Source of the DNA: an uncultured Gammaproteobacteria bacterium
GTDB lineage: Bacteria > Pseudomonadota > Gammaproteobacteria > Steroidobacterales > Woeseiaceae
NCBI GenBank assembly: GCA_963698895.1
Contig: CAVOSO010000005.1
Span: 6,381 to 70,380 of the forward strand
Direction of reading: 5' to 3'
Length of the DNA stretch: 64,000 nucleotides
Translations under genes and position numbers: made by a program
Notes under the pieces: generated by a model
What the model was told of the DNA's origin: nothing
Seen by the model: the letters and a program-made list of their open reading frames with translations, nothing else
Database searches by the model: none
In this document: piece by piece, positions 25,688 to 34,948 of the stretch
How the letters are laid out: each line of letters starts with the position of its first letter
Position numbering within the stretch: position 1 is the first letter of the stretch

Positions 25688-28099
25688 CTAGCCGATCGGT
25701 GAGCCGGGCGGCACGGTTGTCGGCATCAGCGATTTGACAGCATCCGGATTGTCCAAGAGGCGCTGGATCTCGTACGCCGCGAACTGGTAATGCGCGCGCA
25801 AGGCCCGATCGCGCGAACTTCGGCCGGACAGCCAGTCGCGCAACTCGGTGATCGCCGCGTACGCACGCGCCCGCACATCCCCGTCGACGCTTTCGTTGAC
25901 GGCGAGCGCCAGGAGTCCGTACATCACCTGCAGATTCGTCTGGCGCTGAATCGCGGCCTCGACGCCGCTTGCGGGCTCCGCGTACCAGCTTGCAGCGAGC
26001 AGGCCCATTGCAATTGACTCGAAGCCGATCGATCCCGCACGTTCGAGACGCGCCGCCCGGTCGGGGTCCAACAGAACCTGCAGCGTCAGGGTGACGGAGC
26101 TGCGGGCCGGCGCCAGCGCATCGAAGTTCATGCCGGTTGCGCCGCTGAACGTCTCCCGGGATTTCGGGTTGTTGGGTACACGCGGTGTAATCGTCTCCGC
26201 CAGGCCGGGCGGCAGGCTCAGCAGCGCCGCATCCAGCGTGCCGAGCAGCACATCGACAGCCTGTTGCTGTCGGGCGACCGGGACAGGCCGGGCATCTGCC
26301 TGTGTGTCGCCGCGCATGCGGTAGGTGAAGTACTGCCCACCGATCAGCTTGCCCACCGCCTTGATCTGGAAGCGGTGCAACAGGTAGATCGGCACCAGCG
26401 CTTCCTCCAGCGTCGCCAGCGGCCGGCCCATCCGTATGTTGCGCTCGGAGAAACGCTGCAGTGCGATTTCGCGAACCTTCAGGATGTGGTCGAGTTCGGC
26501 GATGGCATCGGCGCCGTTGTCCCACAGGTTGCCGTCCGGGTGCGAGGTACCCACCGCGCGCGAGTCCGTGTCGGCGACGTACTTGAAGCCCTGCGCGATC
26601 GTCTCTTTTATGATCGCTTGCCGCGCCGCCGTGCGATCCGTGCCGTCGGGAAAATCCTGGTAGGCATACAGCACTGTGCGCTTGTCCCACTCGCCGATAC
26701 CGACGTCATAGGCCGCGGACAGATCGAGATCGCCACCGTCCGTGATACGAACCAGGGGCGCCGGATAGTCCATGACCGAGGCGCGATCCTGCGTGCTGGC
26801 CGCGAAGTTGTGCTCGAAGCCAAGCGTGTGCCCGACCTCGTGCGCCGATAGCTGGCGAATCCGCGCGAGCGACATCTCGAGCATCTCCCCGGGTACCGAT
26901 TCGTCCGCGTACGGCGCCAGCAAACCTTCGGCAATCAGGTAGTCCTGCCTGACCCGCAGCGAGCCCAGCGACACGTGCCCTTTCAGGATCTCGCCCGTGC
27001 GTGGATCCAGCACGGACGATCCGTAGGACCAGCCGCGCGTGGAACGATGCACCCACTGGATGACGTTGTAGCGCACGTCCATCGGATCGATACCTTCGGG
27101 CAGGAGCTCAACCCGGTAGGCGTCCTTGTAGCCGGCCGCCTCGAAGGCCTGCGCCCACCAGCGCGCCCCCTCAAGCAGTGCGGACCGCACGGGCTCGGGC
27201 GCACCCCTGTCGAGGTAATAGACAATCGGCTCGACAGCCTCGCTAACCGCGGCGGACGGGTCTTTCTTCTCGAGCCGATGGCGCCGCCCGAAATCCACGA
27301 CCAACGAGTCACCAATCGCTGTCGCGTAGTCGGCGAAGCCGCCGTCGTCGTAACGCAGCCCGATCACACCGGAACGCGGATCGTAGGGCAGCGGCTCGTA
27401 GTTGTCGTCCGGGAGGCGAATAAACGAGTGATGGACATGCACGGTCAGCGCCGTGGTGTCGGGCACGACGGTTGGCAGATACGGCCCCGTCGCGCTACCG
27501 ACCAGCGTGACGATCGCTTCCACTTCGGTATTGTCCGGGAACGCCTTCGTGCGTGGCAGGAATATCGCGGAGCGTGACTCGTCCACGCTGTAGTTGCCTT
27601 CGCCGGCCGCGGCAAGCCGCGCGCCCAGGCCGTGCGCATCGCGCACGAAAAAGGCCGTGGCATCGATAATCGTGGAGGACGCGTCGTCATCGATATCCGT
27701 GAAGCCCCAGATCACCGACCGGGCGAACGACTCGGCGATCGCCTGGCGCTCGTCGCTGTTGTCGCTTTGCGCCCGGTACTGCAGATTGTCCTCGACCAGC
27801 AGCACCTTAGGACCACTGCGCTGGAAGCGTACGATTTTGGTCGACCCGAGCTGGCCGCGATCGAGGCCAAGGTCGTTCGAGCCCACGCCTCTTGGCAACG
27901 ATGACTGGTAGATGAACGGGGTGTCGAACGCCTCCACGCGGACGAGCATGCGACCCGTATCCTCGTCCCACCATGTGTCGATGAACCCGTCGAACGCCTG
28001 GTAGGCCGACAGGTCCAGCGATGCCTGCTGGGCCGAGCCCGGCGCCGACGCCAGCAACAGGTACAGGGCGATGGTCCAAAACAGGGAACGGATTGGCAT
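25688..28099 (-). CDS. secreted zinc-dependent metalloprotease (large DUF4953/DUF5117-type)
   Basis: Signal peptide MPIRSLFWTIALYLLLASAPGSAQ. Zinc site LSAHEVGHTLGFEHNF. Confidence 0.8.
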   Translation of the reverse strand: MPIRSLFWTIALYLLLASAPGSAQQASLDLSAYQAFDGFIDTWWDEDTGRMLVRVEAFDTPFIYQSSLPRGVGSNDLGLDRGQLGSTKIVRFQRSGPKVLLVEDNLQYRAQSDNSDERQAIAESFARSVIWGFTDIDDDASSTIIDATAFFVRDAHGLGARLAAAGEGNYSVDESRSAIFLPRTKAFPDNTEVEAIVTLVGSATGPYLPTVVPDTTALTVHVHHSFIRLPDDNYEPLPYDPRSGVIGLRYDDGGFADYATAIGDSLVVDFGRRHRLEKKDPSAAVSEAVEPIVYYLDRGAPEPVRSALLEGARWWAQAFEAAGYKDAYRVELLPEGIDPMDVRYNVIQWVHRSTRGWSYGSSVLDPRTGEILKGHVSLGSLRVRQDYLIAEGLLAPYADESVPGEMLEMSLARIRQLSAHEVGHTLGFEHNFAASTQDRASVMDYPAPLVRITDGGDLDLSAAYDVGIGEWDKRTVLYAYQDFPDGTDRTAARQAIIKETIAQGFKYVADTDSRAVGTSHPDGNLWDNGADAIAELDHILKVREIALQRFSERNIRMGRPLATLEEALVPIYLLHRFQIKAVGKLIGGQYFTYRMRGDTQADARPVPVARQQQAVDVLLGTLDAALLSLPPGLAETITPRVPNNPKSRETFSGATGMNFDALAPARSSVTLTLQVLLDPDRAARLERAGSIGFESIAMGLLAASWYAEPASGVEAAIQRQTNLQVMYGLLALAVNESVDGDVRARAYAAITELRDWLSGRSSRDRALRAHYQFAAYEIQRLLDNPDAVKSLMPTTVPPGSPIG

Positions 28100-28117
28100 G
28101 ACTACTCCTTAAAAGGT

Positions 28118-28136
28118 TCCGGACGGCAGTCCGGGA
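28118..28136 (-). terminator. intrinsic terminator-like hairpin after pssA
   Basis: The minus strand reads CCGGAC-tgcc-GTCCGG followed by AACCTTTTAAGG. Confidence 0.5.
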
Positions 28137-28147
28137 TTAACAATCGA

Positions 28148-28879
28148 TCAGGATGGACGCGTGATACGGCCGGCAATGATTCCTGAAATCAACACGAAGA
28201 TCCCTATCGCCAGCAGGTACTCCGGGTACGAGCGCGTGATACCGCAATAGTAGACGCCCGTAATGACGACGGCCTGGAACACATTGATGAACAGGCTGTC
28301 CCGCTTCTGGGCCTTCGGAAAACGAATTCTCGAGATCATCAACAGGGCCAGCACGAACATCAGCACCGGGAAGTAAAGGTGCAAGGGCAGCACGCTCGCG
28401 ACATCCGGGTGATGGATCAGGACCAGTATGATGGCCGGGACCAGGCCGCCACCGGCTGCCGTGATCGGCACGCCGGCAAACCAGCCGCTCGTCGGCTGGT
28501 CCGACGTCAGGTTGAAGCGCGCCAGGCGCATCGCACCCGTGAGCGCGAAGACGGCGATCGCCACCAGCAATACCCAGAACTGTCCAGACTCGAATTCGAT
28601 CCCGCCGATTTCGAGACCCGCATTCAGCACGAGCACGGCCGGCGCAACGCCGAAGGAAACCAGGTCGGCCATGGAATCGAACTCGGCGCCGAACTCCGAT
28701 GTGGCCTTGAGCAGGCGCGCGGACAAACCATCCATCACGTCCAGCAGGCCGCACCAGACAATGAGCCAGGCGGCCAGTTCGAGGTCGCCAAGCTGTGTGG
28801 TTACGATCGACGCAATGCCGAGCAACAGGCTCAGTGCTGTGAACCCGTTGGGTATTGTGTAACGAAGGCGGCTGCTCAA
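28148..28879 (-). CDS. pssA: CDP-diacylglycerol--serine O-phosphatidyltransferase
   Basis: CDP-alcohol phosphatidyltransferase motif DVMDGLSARLLKATSEFGAEFDSMADLV. Multi-pass membrane protein of 243 aa. Confidence 0.85.
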   Translation of the reverse strand: MSSRLRYTIPNGFTALSLLLGIASIVTTQLGDLELAAWLIVWCGLLDVMDGLSARLLKATSEFGAEFDSMADLVSFGVAPAVLVLNAGLEIGGIEFESGQFWVLLVAIAVFALTGAMRLARFNLTSDQPTSGWFAGVPITAAGGGLVPAIILVLIHHPDVASVLPLHLYFPVLMFVLALLMISRIRFPKAQKRDSLFINVFQAVVITGVYYCGITRSYPEYLLAIGIFVLISGIIAGRITRPS

Positions 28880-28958
28880 GGGTTTTCAACCTCTTGTTAT
28901 TAGTGGCCCCATTTTGCATCCGGCGGCCCGTTTAATCCACCGGCATGCGTCCTGGCCC

Positions 28959-29822
28959 CTAGCCGCCCCACCAACGCGAGCCGCGAATGCTTGCACCGCT
29001 CCCGGTGATCCCGATGGGCCCCCTGGGCACGGTTAGCTGCATGCGCGTGCCGTTCCGGTCGATCTCGATGACGACCTCTTCACCCGGCTCACCCTGCAGC
29101 GTCTGCGTGCGCAGGTCAGACACGCTGAACACGCGCTGCCCGTCGTAACTGACGAGCTGGTCGCCCGCCTGGAGCCCGGCAGTGACCGCCGGTGAGCCAC
29201 TCAGGACCTGGGTAACGCTGATCGACGTGGGCTGGCCCTGCACCTCGAGGTAGCGGGCGTAGGCGTCGTCCCCTATCTCGGCGCGCAGAATCGACTGGGG
29301 CGAGTTCATTGCGCCGAACGCGTCGAGGTCTTCGCCGTTGCGTTCGGCCTCCCAGGTAGCCTGCATGGCCTTGAACTGGGCCTCGGACTCCTGGTCGATG
29401 ATCCGGCGGGCTTCGTCTTCGGAGAAACCGCCCTCGACCATCCTGTCTATGCGCCGCTCCTGGTAGCGAACCAGCCAGTCGCTGCTCCCGAACGACGGCT
29501 GGTCGTCACGCGGCCTCGCCTCGCGCGCCCGTTCCGCATCGACGGGGCGCTGCGCCGGGCCCCTGCCTCCCGCGGCTTCGAGGCGATCGATGTCTTCGAA
29601 CAACATGGCCAGCGTGTCTTCGAGCGCGATGCGCGCATTGCGCTCCTCGCCCACCATCTGCTCGAGGCGCGCGAGTCGCTCCGCGACCGTGGCGTTTCCC
29701 GGCTGGCCGCTCGAGCCAGGCTCAACGGAGTCGCTGCGCCCCGCTTCCTCGCCGGCGAACCATGCACCGGCCGCGAACCCGGCCAGCAGGCCGCAGGCAA
29801 CGGCGAGTGCGATCTTGTTCAT
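28959..29822 (-). CDS. PDZ domain-containing membrane-anchored protein
   Basis: N-terminal TM segment (IALAVACGLLAGFAAGAWF). C-terminal PDZ-like segment VLSGSPAVTAGLQAGDQLVSYDGQRV...EVVIEIDRNG. Confidence 0.7.
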   Translation of the reverse strand: MNKIALAVACGLLAGFAAGAWFAGEEAGRSDSVEPGSSGQPGNATVAERLARLEQMVGEERNARIALEDTLAMLFEDIDRLEAAGGRGPAQRPVDAERAREARPRDDQPSFGSSDWLVRYQERRIDRMVEGGFSEDEARRIIDQESEAQFKAMQATWEAERNGEDLDAFGAMNSPQSILRAEIGDDAYARYLEVQGQPTSISVTQVLSGSPAVTAGLQAGDQLVSYDGQRVFSVSDLRTQTLQGEPGEEVVIEIDRNGTRMQLTVPRGPIGITGSGASIRGSRWWGG

Positions 29823-29840
29823 GCGGTATCTCTCACGAGG

Positions 29841-31376
29841 CTAATCCGCGATCTGTGCGGCGACGACCTGCGCCTCGCAGGCCGTGTAGTTGGTCGTTGC
29901 GCCAAGGCCGGTATCCACGCTGACGATCTGCCCTGCCGGGATCTGGCCCCTGTAGTTCAACCGGCGCTGCTGCTGGCGCCCGCTCGCGTCCTGCGCGATG
30001 ACCCCGACCTGCAAGGACCCAATCGCGGCAGGCGTGTCGTTCCTGACCAGGACCACCAGGTTGCCGTCCTGGTCTGCCCGGCATTGGCAGGTGGTGTAGT
30101 CACCGGGATTGGACGGCAGGTCCAGCCGGATCAACTCGGCGCCCGCAGCCTTGCCGTACTCACCGCCCGCCTGGGCGACGACCTTGAAGTGCTCGATCGC
30201 CCTCGGCATGTCGCCCCGCGCCTTCGCAATATTGCCCAGCGCATAGTGGGCCGGCGCCGTCGGTAACAGCTCGTTGCTGCGTTCGAGGTCTACAACCGCC
30301 GCATCGACCTGGCCGAGCTCCTTCCTGGCCAGCCCGCGCTGCAGGTGGTAGTAGAAGAAATTGCTGCGCCGATCGATGGCGCGTGTGTAATTCGTCACGG
30401 CCCAGTCGAGATTCTCTTCCACGAGACGAATATCGCCGCGCAGCGCGTGGAAATGCGCCTCGTCGGGAAACAGCTTCAGCGCCTCGTCGACCTTGGCGAG
30501 CGCCAGGCTGGTGTTCTTCTCGGCCAGCGCCTTGCGGCCTTCATCGTAGGCCGTGTAGGCCGGTTTGAGCGCATTGGTCCTGCGCATGGCCGCCTGGTAT
30601 TCCCGTTCCCCGCGAATACCCCCGGCCGGCAGCGAAGCCGCCGTGGCCATGTTGGCGCGCACGCGTTCCTGCGACGGCGGGTGACTGGCGAACAGCCCGC
30701 TCAGCCAGTCCGAGCGGCGGCCTTCGCTGAGGCGCACGAACGTCTCCTGCAGCTCCACGGCGCCCTGCGGGTCGTAGCCGGCCTTCCGCATGTACTGCAT
30801 GCCGTACTGGTCGGACTGGCGCTCGGCATCGCGCCCGTACTTGGCGAGACCGGCCTGCGCGAGAATGTTCGCGCTCCCGACAATCAGGCCGCCATAGTCA
30901 CTGTCACTGGCGGCGATGGCCGTGCCGATGACGCCAACCTGCATGAGCATGGCTCGCGACTGTTGCTTGGCCGAATGGCGCGCCGCGGCATGCACGGCCT
31001 CGTGGCCGAGCACGGCGGCGAGCTCGGCTTCGGACTCGAGTTCGGTCAGGAGGCCCCGATTGATGGCGATCTTGCCGCCGGGCAACGCCCACGCGTTCGG
31101 CACCGAGTTGTTCAATACGACGAATTCGTAGGGCAGGTTCACGCCACTCTGGGCCGCGACGTTCTGGCCGACCCGCTGCACGTAGGCCGTGAGTTCCGGA
31201 TCGATATCGTAAATTCCGCCCTGGGACTGCTGCATGGGTGCATAATTCTGCTTGCCCATCTCGATTTCCTGCGCCGTGCTCATCATCACGAACTCGCGCT
31301 GACCGGTGACCGGGTTAATGGAGCAGCCGGTGATGGCCAGGAAACTGAGCAGCAGGAAAATAGTTGCCTTACGCAT
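29841..31376 (-). CDS. M48-family metalloprotease lipoprotein with TPR repeats
   Basis: Lipobox LAITGCS. Zinc motif LGHEAVHAAARH. C-terminal TPR-like repeats. Confidence 0.85.
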   Translation of the reverse strand: MRKATIFLLLSFLAITGCSINPVTGQREFVMMSTAQEIEMGKQNYAPMQQSQGGIYDIDPELTAYVQRVGQNVAAQSGVNLPYEFVVLNNSVPNAWALPGGKIAINRGLLTELESEAELAAVLGHEAVHAAARHSAKQQSRAMLMQVGVIGTAIAASDSDYGGLIVGSANILAQAGLAKYGRDAERQSDQYGMQYMRKAGYDPQGAVELQETFVRLSEGRRSDWLSGLFASHPPSQERVRANMATAASLPAGGIRGEREYQAAMRRTNALKPAYTAYDEGRKALAEKNTSLALAKVDEALKLFPDEAHFHALRGDIRLVEENLDWAVTNYTRAIDRRSNFFYYHLQRGLARKELGQVDAAVVDLERSNELLPTAPAHYALGNIAKARGDMPRAIEHFKVVAQAGGEYGKAAGAELIRLDLPSNPGDYTTCQCRADQDGNLVVLVRNDTPAAIGSLQVGVIAQDASGRQQQRRLNYRGQIPAGQIVSVDTGLGATTNYTACEAQVVAAQIAD

Positions 31377-31448
31377 TACGTCACCCTCATCATGATCCGC
31401 TTAAGTATAACGCCAGAAGACATGCCAATATCAGGAGAGACGCTGCTT

Positions 31449-31464
31449 GTGACCAAAAGGTCAC
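31449..31464. promoter_or_regulatory. perfect palindrome GTGACC-AAAA-GGTCAC in the divergent M48 / BON-LysM intergenic region
   Basis: Read directly. Candidate operator; no cognate regulator was identified. Confidence 0.3.
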
Positions 31465-31542
31465 GATGAGCGTCCATACTGTCACGACACCGGCGCAGGC
31501 CGGTTACGAAAACGCTATTCAGAATATAAAGGGAGATAGCAA

Positions 31543-31992
31543 ATGGGACTGTTCGACTTTGTTAAGGACGTTGGCCGCCAGGTATTCAATACCGATTCGG
31601 AAGCCGCCGACAACATCAAGCAGCATCTGGAAATCAAGACTCACGGTCTCAGCAACCTCGAGGTGGAGTTCGATGACGGTGTTGCAACGATTTGCGGCGA
31701 CTGCACAAACCAGGCTGTGCGTGAGCAGGCCATCCTGATTGCCGGCAACATCAAGGGTGTGGAGAAAGTCGTTGCCGACGACCTGCGCGCCCCCAAGCCG
31801 AAACCGGAAGAGCCGAAAGAGAAGGTCGAGTTCTACGAGATTGTCAGCGGCGACACGCTCGGCGCCATCGCCAAGCGCTACTACGGCAGCGCCGGCAAGT
31901 ACATGAAGATCTTCGAAGCGAACAAAGACATCATTTCCGACCCGAACAAGATCTACCCGGGCCAAAAAATCCGCATTCCGCTCGACGACTGA
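31543..31992 (+). CDS. kbp: BON plus LysM domain protein (Kbp/YgaU-like)
   Basis: 149 aa. MGLFDFVKDVG... then a BON segment (VATICGDC...AILIAGNIKGVEKV). C-terminal LysM: YEIVSGDTLGAIAKRYYG...IYPGQKIRIP. Confidence 0.8.
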   Translation: MGLFDFVKDVGRQVFNTDSEAADNIKQHLEIKTHGLSNLEVEFDDGVATICGDCTNQAVREQAILIAGNIKGVEKVVADDLRAPKPKPEEPKEKVEFYEIVSGDTLGAIAKRYYGSAGKYMKIFEANKDIISDPNKIYPGQKIRIPLDD

Positions 31993-32010
31993 GCTACTTA
32001 GGGGACAAAA

Positions 32011-32550
32011 ATGGACTTACTGGACCTGTTAAAGGCAACGGGCGGCAACGACAGCGTCGATCAACTCGCCAAGGCCATCGGCCTCGGCTCTTCGGACGCA
32101 TCGAAGCTCGTGGAAAAAGTGGCGCCTGCGCTGATGCGCGGCTTGCAGAAAAACACGGCAAGCGATGACGGACTTGCGGGCCTGCGCCGGGCGCTGGAAA
32201 CCGGCGGCCACGACCGCTATATCGACAATCCTGCCCTGCTCGAAGCTGCTGAAACGCGCGCGGACGGCAACAACATCCTCGGCCACATTTTCGGCTCGAA
32301 GGATGTCAGCCGTAACGTGGCGGCAGCCGCGGCAAAAGACACGGGCATTGACGCCAGTCTTATCAAGAAGGCACTGCCGCTGCTGGCTACGCTCGCGATG
32401 GGCGCGATGAGCAAGAAGACCTCTCATGGTCGAGACCTCGGAGCGTCGGCAAAAAGCGGCGGCCTCGGTCCACTGGGCGACCTGCTCGGCAAGGTGAGCG
32501 GCTCGGGCGGGCTCGACGACATCCTGGGAATGGCGCGCAAATTCTTCTGA
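32011..32550 (+). CDS. DUF937-like protein
   Basis: MDLLDLLKATGGNDSVDQLAKAIGLGSSDASKLVEKVAPALMRGL and the C-terminal GGLDDILGMARKFF are typical of DUF937. Confidence 0.65.
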   Translation: MDLLDLLKATGGNDSVDQLAKAIGLGSSDASKLVEKVAPALMRGLQKNTASDDGLAGLRRALETGGHDRYIDNPALLEAAETRADGNNILGHIFGSKDVSRNVAAAAAKDTGIDASLIKKALPLLATLAMGAMSKKTSHGRDLGASAKSGGLGPLGDLLGKVSGSGGLDDILGMARKFF

Positions 32551-32594
32551 GCGCCTGTACCGTGCCGGCGATGCCGCCGGCAATAGAAGGAACG

Positions 32595-32627
32595 GGTCGG
32601 CGTCTTCGGGCGCCGGCCTTTCTTGTT
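32595..32627 (+). terminator. intrinsic terminator after the DUF937 gene
   Basis: GGTCGGCG-tcttcggg-CGCCGGCC followed by TTTCTTGTT. It overlaps the TTG at 32623, which argues for the GTG at 32647 as the start of the next gene. Confidence 0.6.
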
Positions 32628-32646
32628 GCGGATATATAATGCGCCA

Positions 32647-34332
32647 GTGACTGAAGAACTCGATCTCTGGAGACTGGCGGCTGGACTCGGGCTGTTCCTG
32701 TTCGGTATGCACCAGCTCGAGCAGGCACTGACCCAGCTCACGGGCCGCTCTTTCAAGAAGTTTCTCAGCCAGTACACCGAGAAACCGCTGCGGGGCGTCA
32801 TCGCCGGCGCGGTGTCCACGGCCGCCCTGCAGAGCAGCTCCGTCGTCAGCCTGATTGTCCTCGCGTTTGTCGGCGCGGGCATCATCTCACTGGCCAGTGC
32901 CCTCGGGATCCTCTTCGGCTCGAATCTCGGCACCACGATGACGGGCTGGATCGTGGCGACCATCGGCTTCAAGCTGGATATCGAAGCACTGGCGCTGCCC
33001 CTGGTTGCGCTGGGTGGTTTCGGCGTCGTCTGGTCGGCAGCCGGGACCCGGCGCGCGGGCCTGAGTCACTTCGTTGCCGGACTCGGCCTCATGCTCATGG
33101 GGCTCGAGTTCATGAAATCGGGTGCTCTCGTTGCCACCGAGTTGTTCGACCCGGCCGCCCTCGCCGGCCTGCCGCTTTTCGCCTTCCTTGCCGCCGGCCT
33201 GCTGCTGACCGCGGTCATCCAGTCGAGTTCAGCGACGATCATGATCACGCTGAGCGCACTGTACGCCGGCGCGATAACGCTGGAGTCCGCTGCCGCCATC
33301 GCGATCGGCGCGGACCTCGGCACCACGATCACCGCGATCCTCGGGTCACTGGCAGGGTCGGCCGCCAAGAAGCGCGTCGCGGCGGCCGTGGTGATGTTCA
33401 ATGTCGTGGCCGACACCATCGCGTTTGTCAGCCTGAAACCGCTGATCTACTTCATCACGAATACGCTCGGCCTGACCGACCCGCTGTTTGCGCTGGTCGG
33501 ATTCCACAGCCTGTTCAACCTGATCGGCATCCTGATCTTTCTCCCCGCCATCCCCATGCTCAGCCGCTGGCTCGACAAGCGCTTCCGCGAAGAGGAAGAA
33601 CCCTTGCTGCGGCACATCAAGCGCGGCGACACCACCGTGCCCGAGGCCGCACTCGAGGACATGACGCGGGAAACATGGCGCCTGATCGACCAGGCCGCCG
33701 CCCTCAACCAGGCGACGTTCGGCCTGCCCGCCGACCATTCGTTCTACGACAGTCGCGAGGACCGCAAGGGCGTGGATGTGTTTACGCGCACGCTGAATTA
33801 CGAACAGTGCTACGCGGACATCAAGCAGCTCGAAGGCGAGATTCTCAGGCAGGCACTGCTGCTGCAAACCTCGGCGCTGGAGCCGAAGGAATCGGAACGC
33901 CTTACCCAGGTCATCCCCTCGATTCGTAACGCGGTGAATGCCGCCAAGAGCATGAAAGACGTGTACGAGGACCTGCAGCTGTTCCAGTCCTCTGTCAACG
34001 ATCGCTTCAACGCGTACTACGGCCAGTTCCGGGAGGCCGCACGGGAGTTCTACGAATCGCTGGACGCGTTACAGACATCGGACCTGCCGTCACTGCGTTT
34101 CGCGGCGCTCATCGAGATAAAGGGGAAGTCCGAATCGGTGCAGCAACGCATGCACCGGCGAATCTACGATGAAGTCGCACGCGGCGAGTTGAGCGAGGTC
34201 GAGATATCGACCCTGCTGAACGTCAATCGCGAGCTGTTTGTCGCAAACCACAGCCTCGTGACGGCGCTCGCCGACGCCCTGCTCGACCTCGACGCCGCCA
34301 GCGATTTCGCCAGCATCCCGGCGTCTCGCTAG
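32647..34332 (+). CDS. Na/Pi cotransporter family protein with PhoU-like C-terminal domain
   Basis: Duplicated motifs GSNLGTTMTGW and GADLGTTITA in a polytopic N-terminal half, with a helical C-terminal half. Start chosen at the GTG at 32647. Confidence 0.85.
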   Translation: MTEELDLWRLAAGLGLFLFGMHQLEQALTQLTGRSFKKFLSQYTEKPLRGVIAGAVSTAALQSSSVVSLIVLAFVGAGIISLASALGILFGSNLGTTMTGWIVATIGFKLDIEALALPLVALGGFGVVWSAAGTRRAGLSHFVAGLGLMLMGLEFMKSGALVATELFDPAALAGLPLFAFLAAGLLLTAVIQSSSATIMITLSALYAGAITLESAAAIAIGADLGTTITAILGSLAGSAAKKRVAAAVVMFNVVADTIAFVSLKPLIYFITNTLGLTDPLFALVGFHSLFNLIGILIFLPAIPMLSRWLDKRFREEEEPLLRHIKRGDTTVPEAALEDMTRETWRLIDQAAALNQATFGLPADHSFYDSREDRKGVDVFTRTLNYEQCYADIKQLEGEILRQALLLQTSALEPKESERLTQVIPSIRNAVNAAKSMKDVYEDLQLFQSSVNDRFNAYYGQFREAAREFYESLDALQTSDLPSLRFAALIEIKGKSESVQQRMHRRIYDEVARGELSEVEISTLLNVNRELFVANHSLVTALADALLDLDAASDFASIPASR

Positions 34333-34357
34333 CAGGTCCGAGTAGGGAGTTTTCCCG

Positions 34358-34942
34358 ATGGTCGCGCCACCCGGATGGCCCCACACTGAGGTCATGGATA
34401 TGGACGCAAGAGAACTCATGAAGGAGTTGCGGGAGGACCACCGCAACATGGCCGTGGTGCTCGAGCTCCTCGACACACTCGTCGAGCAGATGGACGTCGG
34501 CAAGGACCCCGATTTCGAGCTGTTCGACGAAATCATGCGCTACATGACGGTCTATCCCGACGCCGTGCACCATCCCAAGGAAGACGTTGTTTACGAGCAG
34601 CTCCGCCAGGCGCGGCCCGACCTCGCCGAAGATCTCGACCACGTCCCGGACGATCACAGTGACATTGCGCACCTCGGCTCACTCCTGCGTGACGAGGTGG
34701 AAGCCGTCAACGCCGGGGCGGCGGTGCGTCGCGAAAAAATGATCGAGGACACGACCGCGTACGTGAGGCGCCTGCGCAATCACATCCAGTGGGAAGAAGA
34801 AGATCTGTTCAAGCGCATTGACAGGATGCTCGACGCGGATGCCCAGACTGTCGACGTATCGCAGTACGAGCACATCAAGGACCCGGTCTTCGAACTCGAG
34901 ATCGAGGCGGGCTTCCGCCGCATGATCGAAAGCCTTCGCTAA
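34358..34942 (+). CDS. hemerythrin-like domain protein
   Basis: LREDHRNM...HHPKEDVVYEQL...HIQWEEEDLF supplies His/Glu ligand-type motifs. The start could instead be 34394. Confidence 0.7.
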   Translation: MVAPPGWPHTEVMDMDARELMKELREDHRNMAVVLELLDTLVEQMDVGKDPDFELFDEIMRYMTVYPDAVHHPKEDVVYEQLRQARPDLAEDLDHVPDDHSDIAHLGSLLRDEVEAVNAGAAVRREKMIEDTTAYVRRLRNHIQWEEEDLFKRIDRMLDADAQTVDVSQYEHIKDPVFELEIEAGFRRMIESLR

Positions 34943-34948
34943 GCCCTC

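Noticed and set aside
24675-26690. 671-aa ORF in the track
   Set aside because: Only the last 314 codons look real. They have a signal peptide after the ATG at 25619 and a GAGGA SD. The upstream about 357 codons are Arg/Gly/Ala/Pro-rich and overlap the 3' part of the metalloprotease gene (25688..28099) in another frame of the same strand. This is a typical GC-rich read-through artefact.
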